From Candidatus Bathyarchaeia archaeon (GTDB lineage: Archaea; Thermoproteota; Bathyarchaeia; Bathyarchaeales; Bathycorpusculaceae), in NCBI GenBank assembly GCA_049521795.1, contig JBEKOM010000003.1:96001-160000 (forward strand): DNA of 64,000 nt. The letters are read 5' to 3'. Every line of letters starts with the position of its first letter. Position 1 is the stretch's first letter. A program made the position numbers and the translations under genes. Below, in pieces: positions 1 through 9,811 of the stretch. The notes under the pieces were generated by a model. The model searched no databases. It was not told the DNA's origin and was given only the letters and a program-made list of their open reading frames with translations.

Positions 1-988
1 CGACGACGCTGCCGATTATCTCAGCGTCTCTTCCTTCCTCAGTTTCCCTCAGCAAATGCAGGATCTCTAGGGCCTTTTCCTTCACAGCGCCGATGATCAT
101 CTTTCCCTCGTTCCCAATCTCGAAGGGGTCCAACCCCAACATTTCACAGGCCACTCTCACATCTTCTCTGATGGGAACTTTGTCTTCACCAACAAGGATG
201 CCGACGTGCGATTTTTCGCCAAATTCGTTGAGCGCGTCAGCCAAACCTCCTCTGGTCGGGTCTTTCATCGCCACCACTCCGCCCACCTCCTTGAGCACAC
301 GCTGGACCAAACGGTTCAGAGGCTTAACATCAGACATTATCCCGCTGCCGAAGCTCAAGCCTTTTTGAGCAGACAAAACAGCCAAGCCATGGTCGCCGAT
401 CGTTCCTGACAAGATTATCTTATCGCCAGCAGCAAGGTTTCCGTCTAGAATCCAGCGGGATTTGAAATCGTTCCTAAACTGTTTTACAACCTTCAGGTTC
501 TCGTCCAACGCCGCGGTTCTTCGACCGATCCCCGAAGTGCTTATGACACAGCCCCCCAAGCTTCCCTTCTCAACAACCTTCGTGTCACCTGTAACGATGT
601 TAACTCCGGCCTCCATGCACGCCTGCCGCATGCTGACTAAGATTCTTTCAAAATCACCTATAGCCAATCCTTCTTCCAGGATGAAACCACAAGCCAACGC
701 AAACGGTTCGCCGCCCAGCATCGCAATGTCGTTCACTGTGCCACACACTGACAAACGTCCGATGTCGCCTCCGGGAAAGAATATCGGCTTCACAGCATGA
801 GAATCACTCTTGAAAACTACGCCGTCTACAACAGCGGCGTCGTCCATGGCCTCAAGCGGCACCTCAATACCGCTTGCACCGCCAAAGTACTTGACAACAT
901 AATTTTTGACCAAATCGTGCATGACCGTTCCGCCGGCACCATGCAACATAGTGATGCACTCATTTTTGTCTAACAAGCTTCCGTCCAT
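1..988 (-). CDS. hypE: Hydrogenase maturation protein HypE (3' end truncated by window edge)
   Basis: Hand translation of the minus strand from ATG 988: MDGSLLDKNECITMLHGAGGTVMHDLVKNY...DSHAVKPIFFPGGDIGRLSVCGTVNDIAM..., typical HypE N-terminal motifs. Absent from the ORF track because it runs off the edge. Confidence 0.9.
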   Translation of the reverse strand, partial: MDGSLLDKNECITMLHGAGGTVMHDLVKNYVVKYFGGASGIEVPLEAMDDAAVVDGVVFKSDSHAVKPIFFPGGDIGRLSVCGTVNDIAMLGGEPFALACGFILEEGLAIGDFERILVSMRQACMEAGVNIVTGDTKVVEKGSLGGCVISTSGIGRRTAALDENLKVVKQFRNDFKSRWILDGNLAAGDKIILSGTIGDHGLAVLSAQKGLSFGSGIMSDVKPLNRLVQRVLKEVGGVVAMKDPTRGGLADALNEFGEKSHVGILVGEDKVPIREDVRVACEMLGLDPFEIGNEGKMIIGAVKEKALEILHLLRETEEGRDAEIIGSVV

Positions 989-1276
989 CCGTGAACTATG
1001 AGTTAGGTAACCTTAAGAGACAAACATAAACACATCGTAGGAAACGTCATCAAATAGGGCGTTTCGGAACGGGCTGAAAAAGGTAATGCCAAATGAAGGC
1101 GGCCTTCAACGTCAAGATCATCATCCGCTGCATCGTCCTCAGATTTGGAAAGGAAAATCCTTGAGGCAAAATAAAAGGGTCTGGCGGGTTTAAATTGATT
1201 TTGAACCGTTTATGTTGAAGGAAAACCATATAAATCACTGTACCGCTGTTGAATTGCACAACTGGAGAAATATGAA

Positions 1277-1765
1277 GTGCCAAAATGGGGATACTCCATA
1301 GCAGAAGAAGAGCTGGATCCGGAGAAGACGGTGAAAGCAAGCGCACGAGAGATCAGAGTATCCCACAAATCGGCCCGAGAAGTATGTAAGACAATAAAAG
1401 GAATGATGCTGACTCAGGCTAAGCAGTACCTCAGAGATGTTATTGCTAAGAAGAAGCCTGTTCCCTACAGGAGGTTCACGAAGAAGCTGGGTCACCGCCA
1501 CGGCTTGGAAAAAGCTTTTGCGGGCAGATACCCCGTGAAAACAGCATCACAAATTCTCAAGTTACTTGAAGGGGCTGAGGCAAATGCCGAAAACAAAGGA
1601 CTAGACACGGATAGGTTGCGCATCATCCATGCAGCTACGAGTCAAGGGATGAAAGTGAAGCGGTTTCAGCCAAGAGCCCAAGGAAGAACGACGCCAGACT
1701 TTGACACTCCAACACACGTTGAAATAGCTCTTGAAGAGCAAGCGGAGAGGAGAGAACAAGCCTAG
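1277..1765 (+). CDS. rpl22: 50S ribosomal protein uL22
   Basis: Archaeal L22 motifs (GRYPVK, PRAQGR, HVEIAL). GTG start with GGAG upstream. Confidence 0.97.
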   Translation: MPKWGYSIAEEELDPEKTVKASAREIRVSHKSAREVCKTIKGMMLTQAKQYLRDVIAKKKPVPYRRFTKKLGHRHGLEKAFAGRYPVKTASQILKLLEGAEANAENKGLDTDRLRIIHAATSQGMKVKRFQPRAQGRTTPDFDTPTHVEIALEEQAERREQA

Positions 1766-2523
1766 TGTCCGTTGTCAAACACTTTATAACAGAGTCTATA
1801 AAGAAGACAGAAATCGACGAGTACCTGCAGAAGAAACTCGACAGAGCAGGATACGGCGGCGTAGCCATATCCAAGACTCCGCTTGGAACCCACATAGTAA
1901 TTTACGCGATGCGCCCGGGCCTTGTCATAGGCCGAGGTGGAGAAACAATAAGAGAGCTTGCAAGCTTCTTGGAAGAAAAGTTCAAAGTTTCAAACCCGCA
2001 GATTTCTGTTTCTGAGATCGAGGTTCCAGAGTTAAATGCTTACGTTGTTGCTTCTCGCGTCGCCTCAGCCTTGCAGAGGGGCGTGCACTTCAGACGCGCC
2101 GGTTTCTGGTCTCTGAACCAGGTCATGGAAGCAGGAGCCCTAGGCGCAGAGATAATAATCAGCGGCAAACTTAGGACCGAAAGAGCGAGATTTGAAAAAT
2201 TCCGAGCTGGCTACCTGGTGAAGTGCGGAGAACCGGCGCTGAAGTACATGCAGAGAGCGGAGGTTCATGTGCAACTGAAACCAGGCGTGTTCGGCGTGAG
2301 AGTCAAAATAATGCCTCCAGACGCGGTGTTTCCGGATAAGCTTCACATAATTGAAAATCTCCCACCAGAAGAGGAAACGACAGAAAAAGAGAGCGTGCAG
2401 GAAGCCAAGGTTGAAGAAGCGAAACCTGAAGAGGCGAAGACCGAAGAAGCAGAGACCGAAGAGCCAGGGGCCGAAGAAGCAGGTGCGAAAGACGTGGGAG
2501 AAGAAGGGGAGGCAGCTGAATAA
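1765..2523 (+). CDS. rps3: 30S ribosomal protein uS3 with acidic C-terminal tail
   Basis: KH domain RPGLVIGRGG, GAEIIISGKL, GVRVKIMPP; operon position. Confidence 0.97.
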   Translation: MSVVKHFITESIKKTEIDEYLQKKLDRAGYGGVAISKTPLGTHIVIYAMRPGLVIGRGGETIRELASFLEEKFKVSNPQISVSEIEVPELNAYVVASRVASALQRGVHFRRAGFWSLNQVMEAGALGAEIIISGKLRTERARFEKFRAGYLVKCGEPALKYMQRAEVHVQLKPGVFGVRVKIMPPDAVFPDKLHIIENLPPEEETTEKESVQEAKVEEAKPEEAKTEEAETEEPGAEEAGAKDVGEEGEAAE

Positions 2524-2762
2524 TGCCCTTGATCCGAGTCAAAGAAATACGGGACATGTCCTCAGAAGACAGGTCTAAGAGACTCGGTGAGTTCAGGACA
2601 GACCTTCTGAGGTTGAGAATCATGATCAAGGCGGGTGGCACGATCGAAAACCCCGCCCGAGTGAAAGAATTACGCAAAGCGATAGCCAAGATACTCACGA
2701 TAGAACAAGAACAGAAGCTCGGGATAAGAAAAGCAGAGTCTGAGAGGAAGAAAAAGAAATGA
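2523..2762 (+). CDS. rpl29: 50S ribosomal protein uL29
   Basis: ENPARVKELRKAIAKILT motif; follows rps3. Confidence 0.95.
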   Translation: MPLIRVKEIRDMSSEDRSKRLGEFRTDLLRLRIMIKAGGTIENPARVKELRKAIAKILTIEQEQKLGIRKAESERKKKK

Positions 2763-3040
2763 AGGTGACGCCAGACATCATCCGATGCGAGTTCATCGGA
2801 ACTGAAGCCGAGGTTGGCAAGAGCAGCCATAACGGATACGTCGGAATATCTGGCCAAATAATAGACGAAACTCGGAACACTTTCACGATCGCGTGTCATG
2901 GAAAAAGAAAGGCTGTTCCAAAGGGCTCAAGCACCTTCAGATTTGAGTTTACTGACGGTACGGTTGTTGAAATCGAAGGAAGAATCCTTGTCGGAAGACC
3001 TGAGGACCGGTTGAAGAAACGTGTTAGGAGATTATGGTAA
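2759..3040 (+). CDS. rnp1: Ribonuclease P protein component 1 (Rpp29)
   Basis: EFIG, G.IIDETRNT and GRPEDRLKK motifs; conserved position before rps17. Confidence 0.93.
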   Translation: MKVTPDIIRCEFIGTEAEVGKSSHNGYVGISGQIIDETRNTFTIACHGKRKAVPKGSSTFRFEFTDGTVVEIEGRILVGRPEDRLKKRVRRLW

Positions 3041-3357
3041 TGTCGCTGACTTTTAAGAAGCCTAAGAAGACCTGCGACGACATAAACTGTCCGTTCCATG
3101 GAGAACTGCCGATAAGAGGCCACGTTCTGGAAGGAGTCGTAGTCAGCGCAAAAATGGACAAGACGATTGTCGTGGAACGCGATTACCTTTTATACGTGCC
3201 CAAGTTCAAGAGGTACGAAAGAAGACACAGTCGCATTCCATCACACAAACCACCGTGCATCGACGTTAAAGAAGGAGACCACGTGATCATAGCAGAAAGC
3301 CGCCCGATAAGCAAGACAGTTGGATTTGTGGTAGTTGAAAAAACAGAGGAGAAGTAG
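3040..3357 (+). CDS. rps17: 30S ribosomal protein uS17
   Basis: [26 protein letters not shown]. Confidence 0.97.
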   Translation: MSLTFKKPKKTCDDINCPFHGELPIRGHVLEGVVVSAKMDKTIVVERDYLLYVPKFKRYERRHSRIPSHKPPCIDVKEGDHVIIAESRPISKTVGFVVVEKTEEK

Positions 3358-3359
3358 GG

Positions 3360-3800
3360 ATGGCTGCAAAGGCAAAGCAAAGGGCGCTCGTCGCAAGAGG
3401 AATGCTCGGGCACGGGCCCAAGCTGTCAAGAGGGCTTCAGCCGCCGGCCATGTTGAAATGTGCTGACAACACGGGTGCAAGGATGCTTCGGCTGGTTCAG
3501 GTCATGGGCTACAAGGGCAGGCTTAGGCGTTACCCATCCGCAACAGTAGGAGACAAGATAACCGTCTCTGTGAGACACGGAACTCCGGACATGAGGAAGA
3601 AGATCTTCCAAGCAGTGATCGTGAGACAGAGGAAGCCATTCCGAAGGGTCGAGGGAGTCTGGGTTCAGTTTGAAGACAATGCAGCGGTTATAATAACTCC
3701 TGAGGGGGAAATGAAAGGTTCAGAGATTCGCGGTCCCGTGGCAAAAGAGGCTGCTGAGAGGTGGCCACGGATTGCCAGCGCCTCCAGCATAATAGCCTAG
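3360..3800 (+). CDS. rpl14: 50S ribosomal protein uL14
   Basis: [27 protein letters not shown]. Confidence 0.97.
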   Translation: MAAKAKQRALVARGMLGHGPKLSRGLQPPAMLKCADNTGARMLRLVQVMGYKGRLRRYPSATVGDKITVSVRHGTPDMRKKIFQAVIVRQRKPFRRVEGVWVQFEDNAAVIITPEGEMKGSEIRGPVAKEAAERWPRIASASSIIA

Positions 3801-3811
3801 GAACGTAGAAC

Positions 3812-4489
3812 ATGCAAACACCAAAACCATTGACGAAACCAACAAAGCAAAGAAAAATGCTACGTGACGCGCCGGCTCATGTACGGCACAGGCTTCTTGC
3901 AGCGCATCTTTCCCAGAGCCTCAGGGCCCAACACGACGTCAGGAGCCTTGCAGTGAGGAGCGGAGACACAGTTCGCGTTATGAGAGGAGACCATCGAGGA
4001 GTCGAAGGAAAGGTCACCCGCGTGAACTTAGCAAAATACAGGGTCTACGTTGAAGGGTTGACACGCGAAAAAGTTGACGGAACAACAGTGTTCCTTCCAG
4101 TGCACCCGTCCAAAGTTATAATCACACGTTTGAACCTCGACGACAAGTGGCGAAAGAAAATCTTGGAGACAAAGAGGGAAGGACGAAAGAAGCCAGAAAA
4201 GGCCGTGGAGGAGCCAGAGGCTAGACCTGCAGAAGAGCCGAAGGAAGTTGCGAAAGTGGAGGAAGCTGTGAAAACGGTGGAAGCGGTGGAAGAGAAGCCG
4301 GCTCCTAAGGAGAAAGCTCCTAGGAAGAGAATCACGAGGACAAAGAGGAAAACACCTGCAAAGAAGGTCTCAGAAAAGACGAAGCCCGAAACCATAGTGA
4401 CTAAAGAAGAAGAGAAGCCGAAACCAAAGAGAAAAACCACCCGCAGCCCACGCAAGACTGCCAAGAAAACTGAAGAAGAGGGACAATGA
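3812..4489 (+). CDS. rpl24: 50S ribosomal protein uL24 with ~100-aa charged C-terminal extension
   Basis: KQRK, GDTVRVMRGD KOW motif, PVHPSKVII. Confidence 0.95.
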   Translation: MQTPKPLTKPTKQRKMLRDAPAHVRHRLLAAHLSQSLRAQHDVRSLAVRSGDTVRVMRGDHRGVEGKVTRVNLAKYRVYVEGLTREKVDGTTVFLPVHPSKVIITRLNLDDKWRKKILETKREGRKKPEKAVEEPEARPAEEPKEVAKVEEAVKTVEAVEEKPAPKEKAPRKRITRTKRKTPAKKVSEKTKPETIVTKEEEKPKPKRKTTRSPRKTAKKTEEEGQ

Positions 4490-5250
4490 GCATGGGCGGA
4501 AAGGAGAAGTCTTCAGGACTGAAACGCAAGCCGGCCCCAAGGTTCTGGCCGATTCACAGGAAAGAGTTTGTATGGGCCGTGAACCCCGCGTCAGGGCCTC
4601 ATTCACTCGAAGGATGCATGCCCCTAGCAATTGTTTTACGCGATGTTCTAGGATTCGCCGAAACGCGGAAAGAGGCGAAGACGATTGTCGCTCAAGGGAA
4701 GGTCTACGTAGACGGAAAAGTGAGGCGAAGAGACGATTTCCCCGTCGGCTTGATGGACGTTATTTCAGTGCCTGAAATGGGCAAGAGCTTCTGCACGCTG
4801 CCTTCTTATAAAGGCCTGATCCTGAACCCGATCAACGATGAAGAGGCGAAGTTCAAGCTTTTCCGGATAGAAGACAAGACGGTTGTCAAAAGGGGACAGG
4901 TGCAGCTTCACCTTCATGATGGCTCAAACCTGATGATCCAGGTTGCTGACCAAAAAAACCCGAAGGAAGACGTTTTCGGTACACTTGACACGCTGAAGTT
5001 AAGCGTTCCAGAGAAGCAGATACTCGAACACGCAAGGATGAAAGAAAAAGCGTACGCGATCATAACCGGTGGAAAGAACGTTGGAAAGTTCGGGAGAATA
5101 GTTGAGATCGAAAAGTCAGAAGGAAAAAAGCGTAGGAACGCGCTTGTGACGATCGAGAATGCGAAAGGGGCGCGCTACCAAACAACGCTGGATTTCGTCT
5201 TTGCGCTAGGTGAGGCACAGCCTCTCGTCTCGTTGCCGGAGGCAGACTGA
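4486..5250 (+). CDS. rps4e: 30S ribosomal protein eS4
   Basis: LKRKPAPRFWPI, GPHS, FPVGLMDVIS, LHLHDG. Confidence 0.97.
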   Translation: MSMGGKEKSSGLKRKPAPRFWPIHRKEFVWAVNPASGPHSLEGCMPLAIVLRDVLGFAETRKEAKTIVAQGKVYVDGKVRRRDDFPVGLMDVISVPEMGKSFCTLPSYKGLILNPINDEEAKFKLFRIEDKTVVKRGQVQLHLHDGSNLMIQVADQKNPKEDVFGTLDTLKLSVPEKQILEHARMKEKAYAIITGGKNVGKFGRIVEIEKSEGKKRRNALVTIENAKGARYQTTLDFVFALGEAQPLVSLPEAD

Positions 5251-5251
5251 C

Positions 5252-5794
5252 TTGTCCGAAGACGAGGTTCGCAAGAAATGGGAAACGCAGCCAATGCTCA
5301 AACCAAGGATAGAAAAAGTCGTGGTCAACATCAGCGTTGGAAAGTCTGGTGAACCTCTGGAGAAAGCCGTAAGAGTCTTGAAGGAAATAACGGGTCAAAC
5401 TCCGTGTAGGAGAAGGGCGAAGGACAGTGTAAGAGACTTTGGCATCAGAAAAGGAGAATCGATAGCCTGCATCGCAACGCTGAGAAAAGAAAAAGCGATT
5501 GAATTCTTGAACAAGGTCTTGCCGGTCGTTGACAAGAAGCTTTCCAGCAAGAGTTTCGACAGACAGGGCAACTTTTCCTTCGGTCTAAAAGAACACATTG
5601 AGCTGCCAGGAGTAAAATACGACCCCGACGTCGGAATATTCGGCATGGACATCTGCGTGTCGGTCATCCGGCCAGGCTACCGAGTTAAGACAAGAAGGAA
5701 ACAAAGGAGCAAGATTGGCGCCAGGCACGTTCTGACACCCGAGGCCTCTATCGTGTTCGCCAAGGATACCTTAGGCGTGGAAATCACTGAATAG
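5252..5794 (+). CDS. rpl5: 50S ribosomal protein uL5
   Basis: [32 protein letters not shown]. Start moved to TTG 5252, behind GGAGG. Confidence 0.95.
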   Translation: MSEDEVRKKWETQPMLKPRIEKVVVNISVGKSGEPLEKAVRVLKEITGQTPCRRRAKDSVRDFGIRKGESIACIATLRKEKAIEFLNKVLPVVDKKLSSKSFDRQGNFSFGLKEHIELPGVKYDPDVGIFGMDICVSVIRPGYRVKTRRKQRSKIGARHVLTPEASIVFAKDTLGVEITE

Positions 5795-5805
5795 GTGGAC
5801 GGCAA

Positions 5806-5970
5806 ATGGGAAAACAGAAACCTAAGAAGGAAAAAAAATTAGGGAAAGGTGCAAGGCCGTGCAGCAGATGCGGGTCTTATGGTCCAATCATCCGACGTTA
5901 CAATTTATATCTGTGCCGGCACTGTTTTAGGGAAGTAGCCAAAAAACTCGGCTTCAAAAAATACGAGTGA
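5806..5970 (+). CDS. rps14: 30S ribosomal protein uS14 (Zn-binding type), 54 aa
   Basis: Hand translation [54 protein letters not shown]; below the ORF-track length cutoff. Confidence 0.96.
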   Translation: MGKQKPKKEKKLGKGARPCSRCGSYGPIIRRYNLYLCRHCFREVAKKLGFKKYE

Positions 5971-5982
5971 CAGAGGAAAAGC

Positions 5983-6369
5983 ATGATGGACACCTTGGCA
6001 AACGGGTTGACAACAGTCATCAACAACGAAATGCGAAACAAGCACGAATGCATAATCAGCCCAGCCTCTAAACTCTTAGGCCGAGTCCTGAGAATCATGC
6101 AACTGAACGGTTACATCGGTGAATTCGAGTTCATAGACGATGGCCGCGCTGGAAAATTCAAGGTTCAGCTGCTTGGAAGAATAAACAAGTGTGGAGCCAT
6201 CAGGCCACGGTTTTCACTCAAAGCAGACCAGTTTGAAGAATGGGAAAAAGAGTTCCTCCCGTCGAGAGAAGTGGGCTTGCTAGTCGTCTCAACTCCTGCT
6301 GGCGTGCTGTCACACAAGGACGCGAAGGAAAAACGCGCTGGAGGTAAACTGCTAGCCTTCATTTACTAA
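5983..6369 (+). CDS. rps8: 30S ribosomal protein uS8
   Basis: GYIGEFEFIDDGR, GRINKCGAI, GGKLLAFIY. Confidence 0.97.
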   Translation: MMDTLANGLTTVINNEMRNKHECIISPASKLLGRVLRIMQLNGYIGEFEFIDDGRAGKFKVQLLGRINKCGAIRPRFSLKADQFEEWEKEFLPSREVGLLVVSTPAGVLSHKDAKEKRAGGKLLAFIY

Positions 6370-6382
6370 GGGATGTTCAAAA

Positions 6383-6931
6383 ATGCGAGTCCCAAAAAAG
6401 TCCGAAACCATTCAAGTCCCAGAGGATGTCGAAGTAGGCCTTGAAGGAAGAAAAATCACGGTGAAAGGTTCGAAAGGAACACTGACACGCGACTTTTCTC
6501 ACGAGCCTATTTCAATCGAACTTGACGGCAAAACGATTCGGGTTTCGGCTGAATGGCCTCGAAAAAGGGAAGCGGCACTCGTGGGCACAATTCGTTCGCA
6601 CATTCAGAACATGATCACAGGCGTCAGGAAGGGTTTTACTTACAAGCTCAAAATCGTCTTCTCACACTTCCCAGTCTCAGCTAAGCTCAAGGAAAGGACA
6701 GTTCTTGTTGAAAACTTCACTGGCGAGCGAAACCCAAGAAAGGCCAAAATAATGGGTAACGTTGAAGTCAACATCCAAGGAGAAGACATCCTCGTTCGCG
6801 GAATAAACCTGGAAGACGTGAGCCAGACTGCAGCAAACATTGAACAAGCTACGAAGGTGAAGAGGAAAGACCCGCGCATCTTCTTAGACGGGCTTTACGT
6901 TTACGAACAAGCCGAAGGGATGGAAGGATGA
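6383..6931 (+). CDS. rpl6: 50S ribosomal protein uL6
   Basis: HIQNMITGV, SHFP, QTAANIEQ, KDPRIFLDGLY. Confidence 0.97.
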   Translation: MRVPKKSETIQVPEDVEVGLEGRKITVKGSKGTLTRDFSHEPISIELDGKTIRVSAEWPRKREAALVGTIRSHIQNMITGVRKGFTYKLKIVFSHFPVSAKLKERTVLVENFTGERNPRKAKIMGNVEVNIQGEDILVRGINLEDVSQTAANIEQATKVKRKDPRIFLDGLYVYEQAEGMEG

Positions 6932-7500
6932 CAGAGCCAAACGCGGTCACACGTAAAAGAGCTCTGAAACTGAGAGAGCGCGTTAAGAAAGGAAAACCAA
7001 AGTTTGCGAGGCCAGAGAGCTGGCGATACGTGCGTCTGAAGGAAAACTGGCGCAACCCACGAGGCTTGGACAACAAGGTCAGAATGTACATCAAAGGCTG
7101 GCCTCCACCAGTGAGTTCTGGATACGGAGGGCCGCGGGTTTCCAGGGGTCTTCACCCCTCAGGCTATGAGGAGATCCTGGTTTACAACGTTGAACAGGTC
7201 AGCAAAGTAACACCGAACACTCAGGCAATGCGCATCGCCCACACAGTTGGCAAAAGAAAGCGAACCAAAATCCTTGCAGAAGCAAGAAAAAGGAAAATAG
7301 TCGTTCTCAACCTGAGGCAGACCAGAGAAACAGCTGGGAAGAAGTCGGCAGAAGAGAAGGAAGAGAAAGAAGAGAGAGAAGAGGAAGGAGCCGAAGAAGC
7401 GCAAGGGCAACCCAAAGAAGCGGAAGAAACCCGCGCAACAGAGAAAGCACAGTCGGAAGAAAAGACCAAGAGACGTAAAGGGAAGGCGAAGGAGCAATGA
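6928..7500 (+). CDS. rpl32e: 50S ribosomal protein eL32 with charged C-terminal extension
   Basis: WRNPRGLDNKVR, RGLHPSGY, IAHTVGKRKR. Confidence 0.95.
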   Translation: MTEPNAVTRKRALKLRERVKKGKPKFARPESWRYVRLKENWRNPRGLDNKVRMYIKGWPPPVSSGYGGPRVSRGLHPSGYEEILVYNVEQVSKVTPNTQAMRIAHTVGKRKRTKILAEARKRKIVVLNLRQTRETAGKKSAEEKEEKEEREEEGAEEAQGQPKEAEETRATEKAQSEEKTKRRKGKAKEQ

Positions 7501-7952
7501 CAGGCCTCCGAATTCAGCGCCGCCTTGCGGCTCAAATAATGAAGGTTGGGCGAAACCGCGTCTGGATAGACCCTGAAAGAACGGTTGACGTGGAAACCGC
7601 GATGACTCGTGACGAAATCAGAAGACTCGTCCACCAAGGCACCATAAAATCACTGCCCGTAACGGGTGTGAGCCGTGCGAGAGCCCGAATCCTGCACGAA
7701 AAGAAAAAGAAGGGAAGACGAAGAGGTCCTGGGAGCAGAACCGGCTCTGCGAAGGCAAGAGTTTCAAAGAAAGAGGCCTGGATGAGCAAGATTAGGGCTT
7801 TAAGAAAGAGGCTTCAAGAACTAAAAGCGAAAAAGGTCTTCCCTGAAAGTGCCTACCAAAAACTTTACAGAATGGCGGGCAGCGGCAGGTTTGAATCGGT
7901 TGCTGACTTGGAGCGCTACCTGAAGGCGCATGAGCTCTGGAGGAAACGTTAA
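7497..7952 (+). CDS. rpl19e: 50S ribosomal protein eL19
   Basis: QRRLAA, RVWIDP, GRRRGPGSR, WMSKIRALR. Confidence 0.97.
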   Translation: MTGLRIQRRLAAQIMKVGRNRVWIDPERTVDVETAMTRDEIRRLVHQGTIKSLPVTGVSRARARILHEKKKKGRRRGPGSRTGSAKARVSKKEAWMSKIRALRKRLQELKAKKVFPESAYQKLYRMAGSGRFESVADLERYLKAHELWRKR

Positions 7953-8560
7953 TGGCGAAAAACGCACGCTACTGCACCAAATTCCGTCGCAGAAGAGAAG
8001 GAAAAACGGACTACAGGGCTAGAAAAGCCTTCATACTTTCTGGCAAACCTCGGCTGGTGACTCGCACAAGCATCAACAACACGACTGCCCAGATAATCGT
8101 CGCCAAGCCGAGAGGAGACCAAGTTCTCATCTCAGCCCACAGCAGGGAACTTGCCAAGAAGTACGGATGGAAAGCCCCTCGGGGGAACCTTCCAGCAGCA
8201 TATCTCACCGGCTTCTTGTGCGGCCTGAAGGCCAAGGCTCACGGGATAGGAGAAGCAATCCTAGACATAGGACTCTATCCGCCTTCCAAGGGAGCAAGAG
8301 TTTTCGCCGTGCTCAGGGGAGTCTTGGACGCAAAGGTAAACGTCCCCCACAGCGAGGAAAAATTGCCCGATGAAAAGAGAATCGGAGGCGAACACATCGC
8401 CAAGTACGCAGAAGGCCTTGCGACCAACGCTGAAGAGTATCAGACAAGGTTCTCAAAATACTTGGAGCAGAAAATTCGACCAGAAACTCTTCCGAAACAC
8501 TTCGCAAAAGTCAAGTCGGACATGGTTGCCGCATTCAAAAGCAGAGGTAAGAAGAATTGA
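7952..8560 (+). CDS. rpl18: 50S ribosomal protein uL18
   Basis: RRRREGKTDY, NLPAAYLTG, GEHI. Confidence 0.97.
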   Translation: MAKNARYCTKFRRRREGKTDYRARKAFILSGKPRLVTRTSINNTTAQIIVAKPRGDQVLISAHSRELAKKYGWKAPRGNLPAAYLTGFLCGLKAKAHGIGEAILDIGLYPPSKGARVFAVLRGVLDAKVNVPHSEEKLPDEKRIGGEHIAKYAEGLATNAEEYQTRFSKYLEQKIRPETLPKHFAKVKSDMVAAFKSRGKKN

Positions 8561-9231
8561 CGTTCAGAGGCCGTAGGAGAGACAATAGGAGAGACCGTGC
8601 GAGAGAATCGTCAGAAAGGATGGAGCATTGGGTTCCAAGAACTCGCTTAGGAAAGATGATTCAAGAGGGCAGAATCACCTCGATCGAAGAAGTTTTTATG
8701 GCAGGTCTGCAGGTGCGCGAGTCTCAGATTGTTGATGCTTTGATACCGGACCTCCAAGAAGAAGTCATAAACATAAACCTGGTTCAAAAACAGACCGATG
8801 CAGGCGAAAAATCTAGGTTCAAAGCAATCGTTGCGGTTGGAAATAGAGACGGCTACATAGGCTTGGGCTCGGGAAAAGCCAGCCAGGTGCGGAACGCAAT
8901 AGAAAAAGCGGCCACAGACGCCCGGTTGAAGATCGTTCCGGTCAGACGCGGATGCGGAAGCTGGGAATGCGGGTGCGGAAGACCACACTCGATACCCTTC
9001 CAGATCGAGGGTAAAACCGGCGGAGTGAGAGTGATTTTTGTCCCCGGCCCCAGAGGCTTAGGCATCGTGGCAAGTGAAGTGTCAAAGGTGATACTCGGCC
9101 TATCAGGCGTGAAAGACTGTTGGACCCGAACCTACGGTTCAACAAGAACCATTCCCTCATTTGCGTACGCGGTTTTTGACGCGTTGAAGCAGACGTATGG
9201 TCTCATAACTCCGACAGACTGGGTGAGATAG
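8557..9231 (+). CDS. rps5: 30S ribosomal protein uS5
   Basis: WVPRTRLG, VQKQTDAG, RRGCGSWECGCG, PGPRGLG. Confidence 0.97.
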   Translation: MTFRGRRRDNRRDRARESSERMEHWVPRTRLGKMIQEGRITSIEEVFMAGLQVRESQIVDALIPDLQEEVININLVQKQTDAGEKSRFKAIVAVGNRDGYIGLGSGKASQVRNAIEKAATDARLKIVPVRRGCGSWECGCGRPHSIPFQIEGKTGGVRVIFVPGPRGLGIVASEVSKVILGLSGVKDCWTRTYGSTRTIPSFAYAVFDALKQTYGLITPTDWVR

Positions 9232-9720
9232 TTGGCTCAAGAAACCAAGGAAAGAAAGTGCATCGCAGTCGTGAGAATTCGCGGAACCGTTAGCGCTTCG
9301 ATGCAGGCTAGAGAAACCCTGCAGATGTTGCATTTGACGAGGAACAACTATGCCGTGCTGATCGATGACAGACCGTCATATCTTGGGATGCTGAAAACCG
9401 CTCGGGACTACATAACGTACGGCGAACCTTCGAAGGAACTTGTCACCATGATGATAAGAGCGAAAGGAAGAGTCGCCGGTGACAAGAAACTGACGGACGA
9501 ATACGCACAGAAGACTGGTTTCAAGTCCCTTGATGATCTGGCAGAAGCAACTCACACCTGCCGCTTCGAATACTGGAAACTGCCCAGCATACAGCCCGTC
9601 TTCAGGCTCCACCCGCCAACCAAGGGTTTCAAGGGAAAGATCAAAAGAGGATACGGCTCAGGCGGGGAGCTGGGATACCGCGGAGAGAAAATCAACGAAC
9701 TCATGAGAAGAATGCTCTAA
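9232..9720 (+). CDS. rpl30: 50S ribosomal protein uL30
   Basis: AVVRIRG, FRLHPP..GF, GELGYRGEKIN. Confidence 0.97.
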   Translation: MAQETKERKCIAVVRIRGTVSASMQARETLQMLHLTRNNYAVLIDDRPSYLGMLKTARDYITYGEPSKELVTMMIRAKGRVAGDKKLTDEYAQKTGFKSLDDLAEATHTCRFEYWKLPSIQPVFRLHPPTKGFKGKIKRGYGSGGELGYRGEKINELMRRML

Positions 9721-9811
9721 GACTCCGCGGCTGCACTCGTTTTTTGCGTTCCGTTTGCGATACGTTTTATAGTTGCTTTTCAGATGCCATGTATGCGAGG
9801 GGAGGACAAAG

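Noticed and set aside
93-800. Plus-strand ORFs 93-368, 206-409 and 462-800
   Set aside because: Antisense shadows of hypE on the minus strand.
1060-1170. Riboswitch in the hypE-rpl22 spacer
   Set aside because: Hairpins are present but there is no convincing match to TPP, c-di-AMP, fluoride or other known consensus.
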